A DNA stretch of 64,000 bases from Thermoplasmata archaeon (GTDB taxonomy: Archaea; Thermoplasmatota; Thermoplasmata; Lutacidiplasmatales; UBA184). Positions 26,054 to 35,419 of the stretch are shown one piece after another (within the stretch, counting starts at the first letter, position 1; the number at the start of each line of letters is the position of its first letter). The stretch is taken from positions 1,474-65,473 of the forward strand of contig DASPSQ010000004.1 in NCBI GenBank assembly GCA_035623855.1. The letters are read 5' to 3'. Below the pieces are notes generated by a model. It saw nothing but the letters and a program-made list of their open reading frames with translations, searched no databases and was not told the DNA's origin. A program made the position numbers and the translations under genes.

Positions 26054-26749
26054 TCAGCGGGGCGCGCTCGCGGCAATCACGCGGAGTCCCTCAACATTTT
26101 GGATCGCGATCCCTGTGACACCCTCCGCCAGCACCCCATCGCCGACCTCGACGTCGTGTCCCTCGACCGACCCGCGACCGGCGAGCACGTAGACCAGCCC
26201 TCGGCGGTCGTGACCCACCCGCTGAAACGTCGTGCTGCGTTCCACGAAGAGAATCTCGCGGCACTCTAACCCGATGGAGGATGTCATCTCGGCTCCCGGA
26301 CCAACCAGCCGGCGGACCACCGCCGACTCTTCGTATTGGGGAAAAACCGGCGGCTCGCTCGCTTGGAGATGCAACTCGTTGGACGCCGAGGGTGGGATTC
26401 CAACCACGAGACTGAACCACCGGATCGGACCGGCACGCGCCGGAGAGATTTGATGGGTCGATCGAGAAGGGGAGGAGAGCAGCCGCGCAGAGCCAGGACT
26501 GAGCAGGTGCGCGGGACGCGTGTCGAGCTGGTACGTCGCGAATCCCTCGCTGACATAGGTCAGAACTTCCTCCCGGTCATGGAGGTGGGAAGGGAACCGG
26601 CGCAACCGGCTCACCACCGTTTCTCCCGCGCGGAGAAATGGTGGCCACGCAGGTTGACCGGACGAAGGGATGACGAGCCGCGTCATCGCACTCTTCGTCT
26701 CGAGTTCGCCTGGGACAATCCGGACGGATCTCGGAGCGGAGCTCGCCAT
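26054..26749 (-). CDS. Pirin-family cupin protein
   Basis: FPSHLHDREEVLTYVSEGFATYQLD resembles the pirin metal-binding motif. Bicupin length. ATG at 26747-26749. Confidence 0.65.
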   Translation of the reverse strand: MASSAPRSVRIVPGELETKSAMTRLVIPSSGQPAWPPFLRAGETVVSRLRRFPSHLHDREEVLTYVSEGFATYQLDTRPAHLLSPGSARLLSSPSRSTHQISPARAGPIRWFSLVVGIPPSASNELHLQASEPPVFPQYEESAVVRRLVGPGAEMTSSIGLECREILFVERSTTFQRVGHDRRGLVYVLAGRGSVEGHDVEVGDGVLAEGVTGIAIQNVEGLRVIAASAPR

Positions 26750-27011
26750 CGCTTCTCCCCCGCGGGCGCGTGAGCATAAGGCCCTTCCGGTGAACGGTGG
26801 GAGAGGCCCGGTCCATTCCGACGACGCAGAATCATGCCCGGTCCACCCCTCTACGGGAAATCCTGAGCGCGACATCGTAATTCGAGCCGCGGACCGGCCT
26901 TGACGCGAATCCCGGAAGCTCGCATGTCAAAGTGTGTCACTATGCGCATCAGTGTGTATTGCGTCAAATGACGTAGTCAAGGTCGTCTCATGCCGTTCAC
27001 TCGGCCTCAGG

Positions 27012-27020
27012 TTTCATATA
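27012..27020 (+). promoter_or_regulatory. TATA-like element (TTTCATATA) upstream of pilin gene 1, with a GGAGG Shine-Dalgarno-like site at 27065-27069
   Basis: A/T-rich box 60 nt upstream of ATG 27079. GGAGG lies 10 nt upstream of the ATG. Confidence 0.3.
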
Positions 27021-27078
27021 CGGGTACTCGGCCATACCGTCACCCGCGGGTCAAAAGGCCCATCGGAGGAAAAGCGGA

Positions 27079-27717
27079 ATGAACGTGTTTGGGGAGAGAG
27101 CGCGAAGCTGGAGAAAGGCGCGGAAGCGCGGAGTGTCGCCGATCATCGCGACGATTCTACTCGTTGCGATCACGGTCGTGCTGGCCGCCGTGTTGTACGT
27201 GCTCATCTCGGGCCTGACGCACGGTCCGAGCTCGGCGCCCTTGGGAACGAACTTCTCGTGGGGCGTGCCGGTCAACGCGACGGGGACGACCACTAACGGA
27301 TGCGGGACGTCAGGCGGAGCCACCCACTCGTTCTGCTACAGCATCGAGATCGCGGGTTCGAGCGTCTCTACCTCGAACTTCGTGCTGGCCCTGCGGAACT
27401 CCGCGGGTGCGACCATTTCGCTCCCCGCTACCGCAACGGTGTCGGTCGACTTGATTAGCCCGACCATCACAGCATCGGGCTGCGTGGCGCCGGGAACGGC
27501 GGCCGCGGGCTGTGTCGCCTACGCGGGTTCGACGACCGGTACCCTCGGCTCGTGGACCAACATCGCATCGTTTACGGGATCGGTCACTGGCGGTTTCACC
27601 GTCGTGATCTTCACGACGGGCGGTGCGGCCGTTAACGCGGGAATGCTCGGTGACATCCTCGTGGCGATCGGTTCGAGCGGGTATTCGGGCAGCGTCATCT
27701 CGCCTGGCTTCACCTAA
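27079..27717 (+). CDS. Archaeal type IV pilin-like protein (class III signal peptide)
   Basis: N-terminus ...RKARKRG/VSPIIATILLVAITVVLAAVLYVLISGL is the canonical prepilin-peptidase site plus hydrophobic helix. The remainder is Thr/Ser/Gly-rich. Confidence 0.75.
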   Translation: MNVFGERARSWRKARKRGVSPIIATILLVAITVVLAAVLYVLISGLTHGPSSAPLGTNFSWGVPVNATGTTTNGCGTSGGATHSFCYSIEIAGSSVSTSNFVLALRNSAGATISLPATATVSVDLISPTITASGCVAPGTAAAGCVAYAGSTTGTLGSWTNIASFTGSVTGGFTVVIFTTGGAAVNAGMLGDILVAIGSSGYSGSVISPGFT

Positions 27718-27755
27718 GCGCGAACGAGCGACACGCGAGCGAACCCTTTCCTACC

Positions 27756-27798
27756 GAGCCCCCCGACAACCTCGGGGAGCTCGGTGATGATTCTTTCT
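27756..27798 (+). terminator. Hairpin plus T-rich tract downstream of pilin gene 1
   Basis: GAGC-C-CCCCGA / CAACC / TCGGGG-A-GCTC stem (10 bp, one mismatch) at 27756-27782, followed by TTCTTTCT at 27791-27798. Confidence 0.3.
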
Positions 27799-28275
27799 CC
27801 AGTGAGAGTCGTTGGGGACCTTCAGATCTCTCTGACCTGCGCCTCGACCGACGCGACTCGCCCGCCTCAAGAGCGAAATGGTCCGTGCGTCGTCTGGGGT
27901 CCTCGAAACACCCGTCCTCCTACGCCGGAGATTCGACCGAGTTCGGTTTCCACTCTCGGGTAGGGGCAGGCATTTCGATCCAGTCGGGAACTCGCTCCGG
28001 AGCGCTTCCGAGATTCGCGAGCAATAACTCCGCGATGCGTGCGGCTCGCTGTCGGCTACACCGGTCCTCCTCGGAGGACCTCCAAACAGTTCAGGAATCT
28101 TGGAACCATCCGCACGACCGAACCGAACGATCATCCGGACGTCGGACGAAGGACGGAGAGTCGCGACAGAACGTCGAGCGACCAGTCGTCACCAGAGAAG
28201 AAACGACAAGGCCTAAATAGCCGCGGCCCGCCTGTTATCGATGGGTTCCAAGCGCGGGACCTCTGACTGGCACGG

Positions 28276-29499
28276 ATGTCGGATAACTCTTCGCAGTGCT
28301 CGCGTCGAGCCAGGTTCGCCGGGCGGGCCCGGGGTCGATGGAAGAAGCGTCCGTCCCGGGGTGTCTCGGACGTCGTCGCAACCATCATCCTCCTCGCCAT
28401 GACCGTCGTCCTCTTTTCTGCGATTTTCGCGTTCGTGACTTCCTTCCCGTCTCCTCCCGCGCAAACTGCGAACCAGTTTCAAGCGTCCCTGTTCTTCACA
28501 GGCAACAACGCGGCGGGAGTCAACATCACCCACCTCGCGGGCCCTCAGGTGGCCGGAAACGGGATGATCTACGTCAAGTCCGCGGGAGGCCCCACCCAGT
28601 GCTTCTCCGGAGTCCCCGTACCGGTCTCGGCCGGCATCAGCACTCCCGTATGGAACTTGGGGGAGACCTGGCACATGCCGTTCGCGAGCTACCCGGGGGG
28701 AGTTTGCCCTGCGGGCACGGTTGACACCTCGAAACCCGACAACCTGACGATCTACGTATTCAGCGGGTCGACGTTGCTCTTCAGCGTCGTTCTCCCCGGC
28801 CAGCCATTCCTCTCGCCTCCTACCATCCTCTCCACCTGGACCGCGCCGTCGCCGATCACGTCGGGAGCGGCGTTCCGCGTCTATGCAACCCTCGCGGGGA
28901 ACCTCGCCGGTCACAAGGCGTTCGTCAACCTTGCGGGGATCACGCACTACGGCGGGTCCACTTCGACCGTCGCGATGTGGTACAATAGCTCGCAGTTGAA
29001 CTGGCAGTTCAACGTCACGGGGCCGAACACTTCCGCCGTAACGCCCGGGACGTACTATGGGGTTGTCAACGTGACGGGGTCCAGCGGGCTCGCGGCCAGC
29101 GCCATCGTCACGATCACGGTCTCGCCCTCGTTCTCGGCGACGGTCACCCCCGTTCCCTCGTCGTTCAAGTCGGCCACTCCCGTGAACTTCATCATCGCGC
29201 TCACCAATTTCGGTTCGACGACCGGCACGACCGTCAACGTCAGTCTCTTTGTCAACGGGACGACCGCGTGGACGACGTATGCCACGTTCCCCCTCGTCTC
29301 CAATGGAAAGGGCGGTTGGTGGATCACCCCGACGGCGGGAGCCACGCTGAGCGCCTACCAGACGATTTCGTGGTCACCGTACTTGACCTCTCCGAGCGCC
29401 GCGTCCGCGTACACCATCACCGTATCCATCACACTCAAGAACTCGATCTTCGCGCCGACGGGGTACTACACCTTCACGACGACCGGCTCGATCTCTTGA
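28276..29499 (+). CDS. Large archaeal type IV pilin-like / pilin-N-domain surface protein
   Basis: ...KKRPSRG/VSDVVATIILLAMTVVLFSAIFAFV class III signal. 350-aa beta-rich Ser/Thr-rich ectodomain with many N-x-S/T sequons. Confidence 0.7.
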   Translation: MSDNSSQCSRRARFAGRARGRWKKRPSRGVSDVVATIILLAMTVVLFSAIFAFVTSFPSPPAQTANQFQASLFFTGNNAAGVNITHLAGPQVAGNGMIYVKSAGGPTQCFSGVPVPVSAGISTPVWNLGETWHMPFASYPGGVCPAGTVDTSKPDNLTIYVFSGSTLLFSVVLPGQPFLSPPTILSTWTAPSPITSGAAFRVYATLAGNLAGHKAFVNLAGITHYGGSTSTVAMWYNSSQLNWQFNVTGPNTSAVTPGTYYGVVNVTGSSGLAASAIVTITVSPSFSATVTPVPSSFKSATPVNFIIALTNFGSTTGTTVNVSLFVNGTTAWTTYATFPLVSNGKGGWWITPTAGATLSAYQTISWSPYLTSPSAASAYTITVSITLKNSIFAPTGYYTFTTTGSIS

Positions 29500-29536
29500 A
29501 CTAGGGGGCGGAGCGCTCGGGGCGCCCACCGTCGTG

Positions 29537-30646
29537 TCAGGCCTGCTTTCCGGACGGGAGGGGGGTTGAGACGGCGGTTTGGGAAAGATCCGCGCCGCAC
29601 TTCCAGCATCTCGTCTCGTTCGCGTAGACTACGGCGTTGCAGTTCGGGCAGGTCCGTTCCCCGGAATCGCCGGCCGGCCCCGTCCCCGCGGGCATCGCCG
29701 GCGGGGGCGCAGAAAGCGTGGTGGGGCCACCGCCGGCCGTCCCCCCACCAGTGGGCGGAACGGGCCCAGCGGCGCGTTTCTGGGCTTCCTGGCGCCTGCG
29801 TTCGCGGCTCTTGTAGAACATGTAGATGAGCAGGACGATGTAGAATGGCCCGGCGAGGAAGAGGAGGTCGTCCACGTAGATCGTCGGCAGAAGTTCCCCG
29901 AAGGTCGTCGCGAACGTACCGACGACCGGCCCCTCGAGCCCGTTGTAGGTGGGGTCACCGGTCAGAGTTTGATAGTACAGGGAGTGGGTCGTGTTGTTCC
30001 GCGTGTAAACTCCCATCTGCCAGTCCCAAATGCCACTCGAACCGATCGAATACTGGAACGTGACCGGGATCGTGGTCGGCGTGCTCGAGTTCACGGTGAG
30101 GTTGTTGAACCAATGGGTGATCTGGTGGAACGGATAGCCGGCCGAGCACCACGAAGGTGGACTGGTGCTGGTGGCGCCTGGGCAGGTGCTGACGTACAGG
30201 GAGAGGTTCACGAGAGTCGTATTCCCCGGCGGGACGTAGCGCGGGAAGACCGTCACCGTCCAGGTAAAGGACGAACCGGCGGTCCCGGTATAGGGGCCCA
30301 CGCTGGCGTTCTGGAGGAGGCCGTTATTGTTGCCGGTACAGGATTCGTTCAAGGAGGAGCACGCGATCGGGATCGGAGCTCGGACCTCTTGGGTGATGAC
30401 CGCCGTGGTCATGGGGGGAACGAGGAGGATGACCACGAGCCCGAACAGCGCGAGAAATCTCGGCCGCTTGAGCCCTGCCCAGATCGGGATTGCGAGGCCG
30501 AAGATCAGGAACGCAGGGATGGCGACGATCGCCTCGACGTAGACATAGCTCGCAAAGACGATCAGGACGGTCAGCGCGATGAGAAGGGCCTTGCCGACGG
30601 GGGTCCCAAGGAAACGTCTAAGTCCGCGAGGTTTCTGTTGCTGCAC
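29537..30646 (-). CDS. Four-TM membrane glycoprotein with a cytoplasmic Pro/Gly-rich linker and C-terminal zinc ribbon
   Basis: Three N-terminal TM helices, a sequon-rich ectodomain, a fourth TM followed by KSRERRRQEAQKR, then CPNCNAVVYANETRCWKCGADL. Confidence 0.65.
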   Translation of the reverse strand: MQQQKPRGLRRFLGTPVGKALLIALTVLIVFASYVYVEAIVAIPAFLIFGLAIPIWAGLKRPRFLALFGLVVILLVPPMTTAVITQEVRAPIPIACSSLNESCTGNNNGLLQNASVGPYTGTAGSSFTWTVTVFPRYVPPGNTTLVNLSLYVSTCPGATSTSPPSWCSAGYPFHQITHWFNNLTVNSSTPTTIPVTFQYSIGSSGIWDWQMGVYTRNNTTHSLYYQTLTGDPTYNGLEGPVVGTFATTFGELLPTIYVDDLLFLAGPFYIVLLIYMFYKSRERRRQEAQKRAAGPVPPTGGGTAGGGPTTLSAPPPAMPAGTGPAGDSGERTCPNCNAVVYANETRCWKCGADLSQTAVSTPLPSGKQA

Positions 30647-30685
30647 GGAACGGCAAGGGAGTTCGCCTGCTCCTTATAAGTTAAT

Positions 30686-32014
30686 GTGACCGCCGAGGAT
30701 TCGTCTGCAAATCCAGCCAGCTCGGCCGCCTGCGCGCTCATCGTACTCGACGGTGTGGGGGATCGGCCGAACCCCGCCACCGGGAACCAGAGCCCGGTCG
30801 ATGCCGCACGTACGCCCTTCCTGGACTCGCTCATCGACCGCGGCCAGATCGGCCAGGTCGTGGTCGTGGGGCCCGGCGTCGCACCGGAATCGGATGCCGG
30901 GGTCTTCGCCCTGCTGGGCTACGATCCGATCCACGACTCGCCGGGCCGCGGGGTCCTGGAGGCGCTGGGGGTCGAGATCCCCCTTGCTTCGGGCGATGTG
31001 GCCCTCCGTCTCAATTTCGCCACGGTCGCGGGCGATGGGCTGGTCCTCGACGCCCGCGTCGGTCGGTCCCTCTCCACCAACGAGTCCAAGGAGCTCGCGA
31101 AATCCCTGACCGCGGCGGACCTCCTTAGAGAGGAGGGGATCCGGGCAGAAGTACGCGCGACGGTCGGCCATCGGGGCGTTCTCTGGCTCCATCCGGTGGA
31201 GGGAGGACCGCTCTCGCCGAACGTCTCGAATGCCGACCCGTTCTACGAGAAGGTGGGCGGGATGGGCCAGGCCCGTCGACCCGAACGCCCGATCGTCCAG
31301 CCGGTCGAGCCGCTCGACGAGACCCCCGAAGCCCGCCGGACCGCCTCCGCCCTCAACCAATTCCTCGAGCGCGCCGCAAAGGTCCTCGCCGGTGAGCGGG
31401 TGAACGCGCGACGGGCCATGAGCGGAAAGAAGCTGGCGAATGCGCTCCTCGTCCGCAACGCCGGCGCGATCCCATCCCACCCAGTACCCCCCTTCCAAAC
31501 GGTCCGGGGCGTGGCGGGAGCTGCCGTGACCGAGATGCCGGTCGAACGGGGCATCGCCCGGTTCCTGGGACTGGAAGACCGGTACGTTGGGCCGATGGGC
31601 CCGGACCGCGACACCGGGTACCGGGAGCGTGCCGGGGTCACCCGAGAGCTTCTCGGACAGTTTCCGTTCGTCTACGTCCACCTGAAGGGCCCGGACGAGC
31701 CAGGGCATGATGGGGACGCGGTGTTGAAGCGGGACGTGATCGAGGCGATCGACCGGTCGTTCTTTGGACCGTTCCTTTCAGGTCTCGATCTCTCGCGCGT
31801 TCGCCTGGCGGTCACCGCCGATCACGCCACGCCATGCGTCCTCAAGGGTCATTCGGACGACCCGGTCCCCTTGATCCTTTCCGGCGCTGGCGTTCCCCCG
31901 GTCCATGGGGGTGCTCCGGCGAAGTTCGGCGAGACCTCGGCCGGGAAGGGCTCTCTGGGCACTCGACGAGGCTCTGAGGTCCTGGCGCTTCTTCTCCATC
32001 CACCGCCGGTTTGA
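30686..32014 (+). CDS. apgM: 2,3-bisphosphoglycerate-independent phosphoglycerate mutase, archaeal type
   Basis: LIVLDGVGDRP, ESDAGVFALLGYDP and VHLKGPDEPGHDGD motifs of the ApgM/alkaline-phosphatase superfamily. Confidence 0.85.
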   Translation: MTAEDSSANPASSAACALIVLDGVGDRPNPATGNQSPVDAARTPFLDSLIDRGQIGQVVVVGPGVAPESDAGVFALLGYDPIHDSPGRGVLEALGVEIPLASGDVALRLNFATVAGDGLVLDARVGRSLSTNESKELAKSLTAADLLREEGIRAEVRATVGHRGVLWLHPVEGGPLSPNVSNADPFYEKVGGMGQARRPERPIVQPVEPLDETPEARRTASALNQFLERAAKVLAGERVNARRAMSGKKLANALLVRNAGAIPSHPVPPFQTVRGVAGAAVTEMPVERGIARFLGLEDRYVGPMGPDRDTGYRERAGVTRELLGQFPFVYVHLKGPDEPGHDGDAVLKRDVIEAIDRSFFGPFLSGLDLSRVRLAVTADHATPCVLKGHSDDPVPLILSGAGVPPVHGGAPAKFGETSAGKGSLGTRRGSEVLALLLHPPPV

Positions 32015-32021
32015 CCTCCGC

Positions 32022-33041
32022 ATGCGATCCCCCGGTCTTCGCGTTCCGCGAAACGAGGGGGAATGGGTTCGCCGGGCGCTGCGCGAGCGGCACCTGCTCC
32101 GGACCGACCTCGAGATTCGAAAGGAGGGGGAGTTCCTGGTCCTTCCGCTTCGCGAGGGGTCGGCGGCCTCAATGCCTCCCGGTGAGATCATCGTCTGCGA
32201 TTTCGCCCCGGTGATGCATGAGACCTTGTCGGACTACCGGGAGCTCCTCAGGGAATTCTCTGGCCCGAAGGAGCTTCTGCCCCGCTCCTTCGACGTCGTC
32301 GGGGACATCGTGCTCATCCGCCTCCCCGACGAGCTCGCCCTTTATGGCGCCGAGATTGGCGAAGCCCTCCTTTCCTTCGTTCCGGCGGCCCGCGTCGTCG
32401 GAAGAGACCTCGGTGTCCACGGTCCGGCGCGCCTACGGCGACTGGAACGGATTGCCGGGACCGGAGAGTGGCGTACGCGCCACCGGGAGAACGGGATCGA
32501 TTTCGAGGTCGACGTCGAGCGGGCCTATTTTTCCCCGCGTCTCGCGCATGAACACGAACGTGTTGCCGCCAACGTCGGTCCCGGGGAAAAAGTGTTGGAC
32601 CTTTGCTGCGGGGTCGGGCCGTTCGCCCTCTCGATCGCCCGGGCGGGAAAGGCGGACCATGTCACTGCGGTCGATTCGAACCCGGCGGCGATCGAACTTC
32701 TCGAGCAGACCCGGGCACGCTACCCGTTCGGGCGCGTGGTGACGCCGGTCCTCGCCCCGCTCGAGTCGTTTCTTCCTCGTGCGCCGATCGTCGGCCGCAC
32801 CATCCTCAATCTCCCTCACGAAGGGATTAAGTACCTACCCTCGGTGGCGCGGACGGTGGCCCCGGGGGGCAGTCTCCACTACTACGAGATCACGCCCCGT
32901 GTGGAGTTCGACAAGAGGGCGGAATCGATCATGGGCGTGCTCGAACCTTGGGGCTGGTCAGTGGTCGATCGTCACGTCGTTCACCCCTATGCGCCGGCGG
33001 CGGACCTGGTCGCATATCTTCTACAACGCGCGGAGTGGTGA
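32022..33041 (+). CDS. trm5: tRNA (guanine37-N1)-methyltransferase Trm5 family
   Basis: FDVVGDIVLIRLP, YFSPRLAHEHERV, VLDLCCGVGPFALSIA and ILNLPHEG. ATG at 32022, 8 nt after the apgM stop. Confidence 0.8.
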   Translation: MRSPGLRVPRNEGEWVRRALRERHLLRTDLEIRKEGEFLVLPLREGSAASMPPGEIIVCDFAPVMHETLSDYRELLREFSGPKELLPRSFDVVGDIVLIRLPDELALYGAEIGEALLSFVPAARVVGRDLGVHGPARLRRLERIAGTGEWRTRHRENGIDFEVDVERAYFSPRLAHEHERVAANVGPGEKVLDLCCGVGPFALSIARAGKADHVTAVDSNPAAIELLEQTRARYPFGRVVTPVLAPLESFLPRAPIVGRTILNLPHEGIKYLPSVARTVAPGGSLHYYEITPRVEFDKRAESIMGVLEPWGWSVVDRHVVHPYAPAADLVAYLLQRAEW

Positions 33042-33050
33042 GGAGGATCC

Positions 33051-35405
33051 GTGACATTTATCGTCGATCTCGCCGACGTGTCGGATTCCGACCTCCCGAC
33101 CGTCGGGGGTAAGGCCGGGAAGCTGGGGGAGCTCGTTCGGCAAGGACTCCCGGTGCCCCCGGGGTTTGTCATCACGACGGCCGCGTACCAGTCGTTCGTC
33201 GATGCGACGGCGCTGAAGCACGAGATCCCGAAGGCGCTCGCGTCGATCAAGGTCGACCAGCCGTCCACGGTCGAGGCTGCCGGTCAACGGATTCGGGCGG
33301 CGTTCGAGTCGACGCCCTTCCCGGCCGATCTCCGATCGACCCTCGTGGAGGCGTACGAGGCGTTCCTCCGGAAGCACTCGGTCCGGTACAGCGCGGTGCG
33401 CTCCAGCGCGACCGCCGAGGACCTGGAGGGCGCGTCGTTCGCGGGCCTTCAGGAGACCTACCTCAACGTGACCGGGACCGAGAACATCCTCAACGCGGTA
33501 CGGAAGTGCTGGGGATCCCTCTTCACGCCCCGGGTCCTGGTCTACCGCGAGCGGAAGGGGTTCGATCACTCTCAGGTTCGTCTCGCAGTCCTCGTCCAGA
33601 AGATGGTCGACGCGACCGTGAGCGGGATCCTCTTCACCCGTGACCCGAACACCGGAGAGAACCACATGATCGTCGAGGCGGCGTTCGGCCTCGGCGAGGC
33701 GGTGGTGGGCGGGGAAGTGACACCGGATCACTATGTGGTCGATGGCGCGACGCTGAAGCTCGTCCACAAGCAGATATCCGAGCAGAAGGTGCAGCTTCTT
33801 CGTGCCGAGGAAGGGGGAAACGTCCGGGAGGAGGTGCCGGCGGCTCATCGAAAGGTCCAGAAGCTTCCGGACCACCGGCTGCACCGGCTCGTCTCGCTCG
33901 CGCGGGTCATCGAGTCGCACTATCGGCGACCGATGGACATCGAGTGGTGCGGGGACGCGGATTCCCTCTATATCGTGCAGGCGAGGCCCGTGACGACCAT
34001 ACCAACGTCCACAATCCCGGGAGGCGGTGGCGAACGTACTGAGGCTCGAGGCGCGGAAGGAAAGGAGGAGGAGCACCCGATCCTCCGGGGATTCGGCGCG
34101 AGCCCCGGCGTGGCCATCGGGACCGCACGGATCCTTCGCGGCGCGCAGGAGATGGAGAAGCTGAAGCCGGGAGAGGTCCTCGTCACGACGATGACAACGC
34201 CGGACATGGTGCCGGCGATGTCCCAGGCTTCCGCCATCGTGACGGACGAGGGCGGGATGACCTGCCACGCGGCGATCGTGTCGCGCGAGCTCGGAGTCCC
34301 CTGCGTGGTGGGGACCCGCGAGGCCACGACGATTCTCACGGATGGCCTGGAGGTCACGGTCGATGGGAAGACCGGGGTCGTCTACAAAGGCGCCGTCCAC
34401 CGTGGGGGGACGACAGCACCCGGGGCGGCCGCGTCCTCGGCCCCGAGTGTGGGCGCCATGGCGTCCGCTCATCACGAAGGGGTACCGGTCACCGCGACCA
34501 AGATCTACGTGAACGTCGGAGTCCCCGAGAAGGCCGAGGAGTACGCCCGCCTCCCCGTATCGGGCGTCGGGCTGTTGCGGATCGAGTTCATCTTCACCGC
34601 GCACGTCCGGGACCACCCACTCGCGCTCCTGAAGCGCGGGAAGAAGGACGAGCTCGTTCGGCGCCTCGCCGACGGGATCGGGAAAGTCTGCCAGGCGTTC
34701 CACCCCCGGCCGGTGATCATCCGGACCTCCGACTTCAAGACGAACGAATATCGCGGGATGCCCGGCGGCGAGGAGTTCGAGCCCACCGAAGAGAACCCGA
34801 TGATCGGATGGCGGGGCTGCTCGCGCTACATCTCCCCCGTGTTCAAGCCCGCGTTTCTCTGCGAGCTCGAAGCGATCCACCGGGTCCGGACCGAGATGGG
34901 GATGAAGAACGCCATGGTCATGCTCCCCTTCGTCCGCAACACCTGGGAGCTCGAGGAGATCACCGAGATGATGAGGGCCCAGGGGCTCCGGCGGTCGAGG
35001 GATTTCCAGCTCTACCTCATGGCCGAGGTCCCATCGACCGTCTTGCTCGCGCGGGACTTCTCGAAGCACTGCGACGGTTTCTCGATCGGTTCGAACGACC
35101 TCACCCAGCTCGTCCTCGGCGCCGACCGGGACTCCGAGACCCTCGGCCGGATGGGCTACTTCGACGAACGCGACCCCGCCGTGCAGCGTGCCATTTCGCT
35201 GCTCCTCGAGGGCGCGCATGCCGAGGGACGGACCGTGGGGATCTGCGGTCAGGGACCCAGCGTCTACCCGGAGTTCGCGGAATTCCTCGTCCGCGAGGGG
35301 ATCGATTCGATTTCCCTCAATGCCGACACGGTGCTCGCCACGATCCGGACGATCGCCTCCCTCGAGCAGCGGATGAAGCTCGCGGGGCTTCGCCACCGCG
35401 CCTAG
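33051..35405 (+). CDS. ppsA: Phosphoenolpyruvate synthase (pyruvate, water dikinase)
   Basis: VGGKAGKLGEL, RSSATAEDLEGASFAG, GGMTCHAAIVSRELGVP (phospho-His) and GICGQ motifs. GTG start preceded by AGGAGG at 33041-33046. Confidence 0.93.
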   Translation: MTFIVDLADVSDSDLPTVGGKAGKLGELVRQGLPVPPGFVITTAAYQSFVDATALKHEIPKALASIKVDQPSTVEAAGQRIRAAFESTPFPADLRSTLVEAYEAFLRKHSVRYSAVRSSATAEDLEGASFAGLQETYLNVTGTENILNAVRKCWGSLFTPRVLVYRERKGFDHSQVRLAVLVQKMVDATVSGILFTRDPNTGENHMIVEAAFGLGEAVVGGEVTPDHYVVDGATLKLVHKQISEQKVQLLRAEEGGNVREEVPAAHRKVQKLPDHRLHRLVSLARVIESHYRRPMDIEWCGDADSLYIVQARPVTTIPTSTIPGGGGERTEARGAEGKEEEHPILRGFGASPGVAIGTARILRGAQEMEKLKPGEVLVTTMTTPDMVPAMSQASAIVTDEGGMTCHAAIVSRELGVPCVVGTREATTILTDGLEVTVDGKTGVVYKGAVHRGGTTAPGAAASSAPSVGAMASAHHEGVPVTATKIYVNVGVPEKAEEYARLPVSGVGLLRIEFIFTAHVRDHPLALLKRGKKDELVRRLADGIGKVCQAFHPRPVIIRTSDFKTNEYRGMPGGEEFEPTEENPMIGWRGCSRYISPVFKPAFLCELEAIHRVRTEMGMKNAMVMLPFVRNTWELEEITEMMRAQGLRRSRDFQLYLMAEVPSTVLLARDFSKHCDGFSIGSNDLTQLVLGADRDSETLGRMGYFDERDPAVQRAISLLLEGAHAEGRTVGICGQGPSVYPEFAEFLVREGIDSISLNADTVLATIRTIASLEQRMKLAGLRHRA

Positions 35406-35419
35406 CGGATTTTCCGCCA

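Noticed and set aside
27751-28220. ORFs 27751..28134 (-) and 27885..28220 (+) in the pilin intergenic region
   Set aside because: The translations are Arg/Ser/Gly-rich without hydrophobic cores or motifs. They are not called as CDS.
32673-32683. GGGTTCGAATC (tRNA T-loop consensus) on the minus strand
   Set aside because: It lies inside trm5 coding sequence. The flanks do not form a T-stem or acceptor stem, so there is no tRNA.
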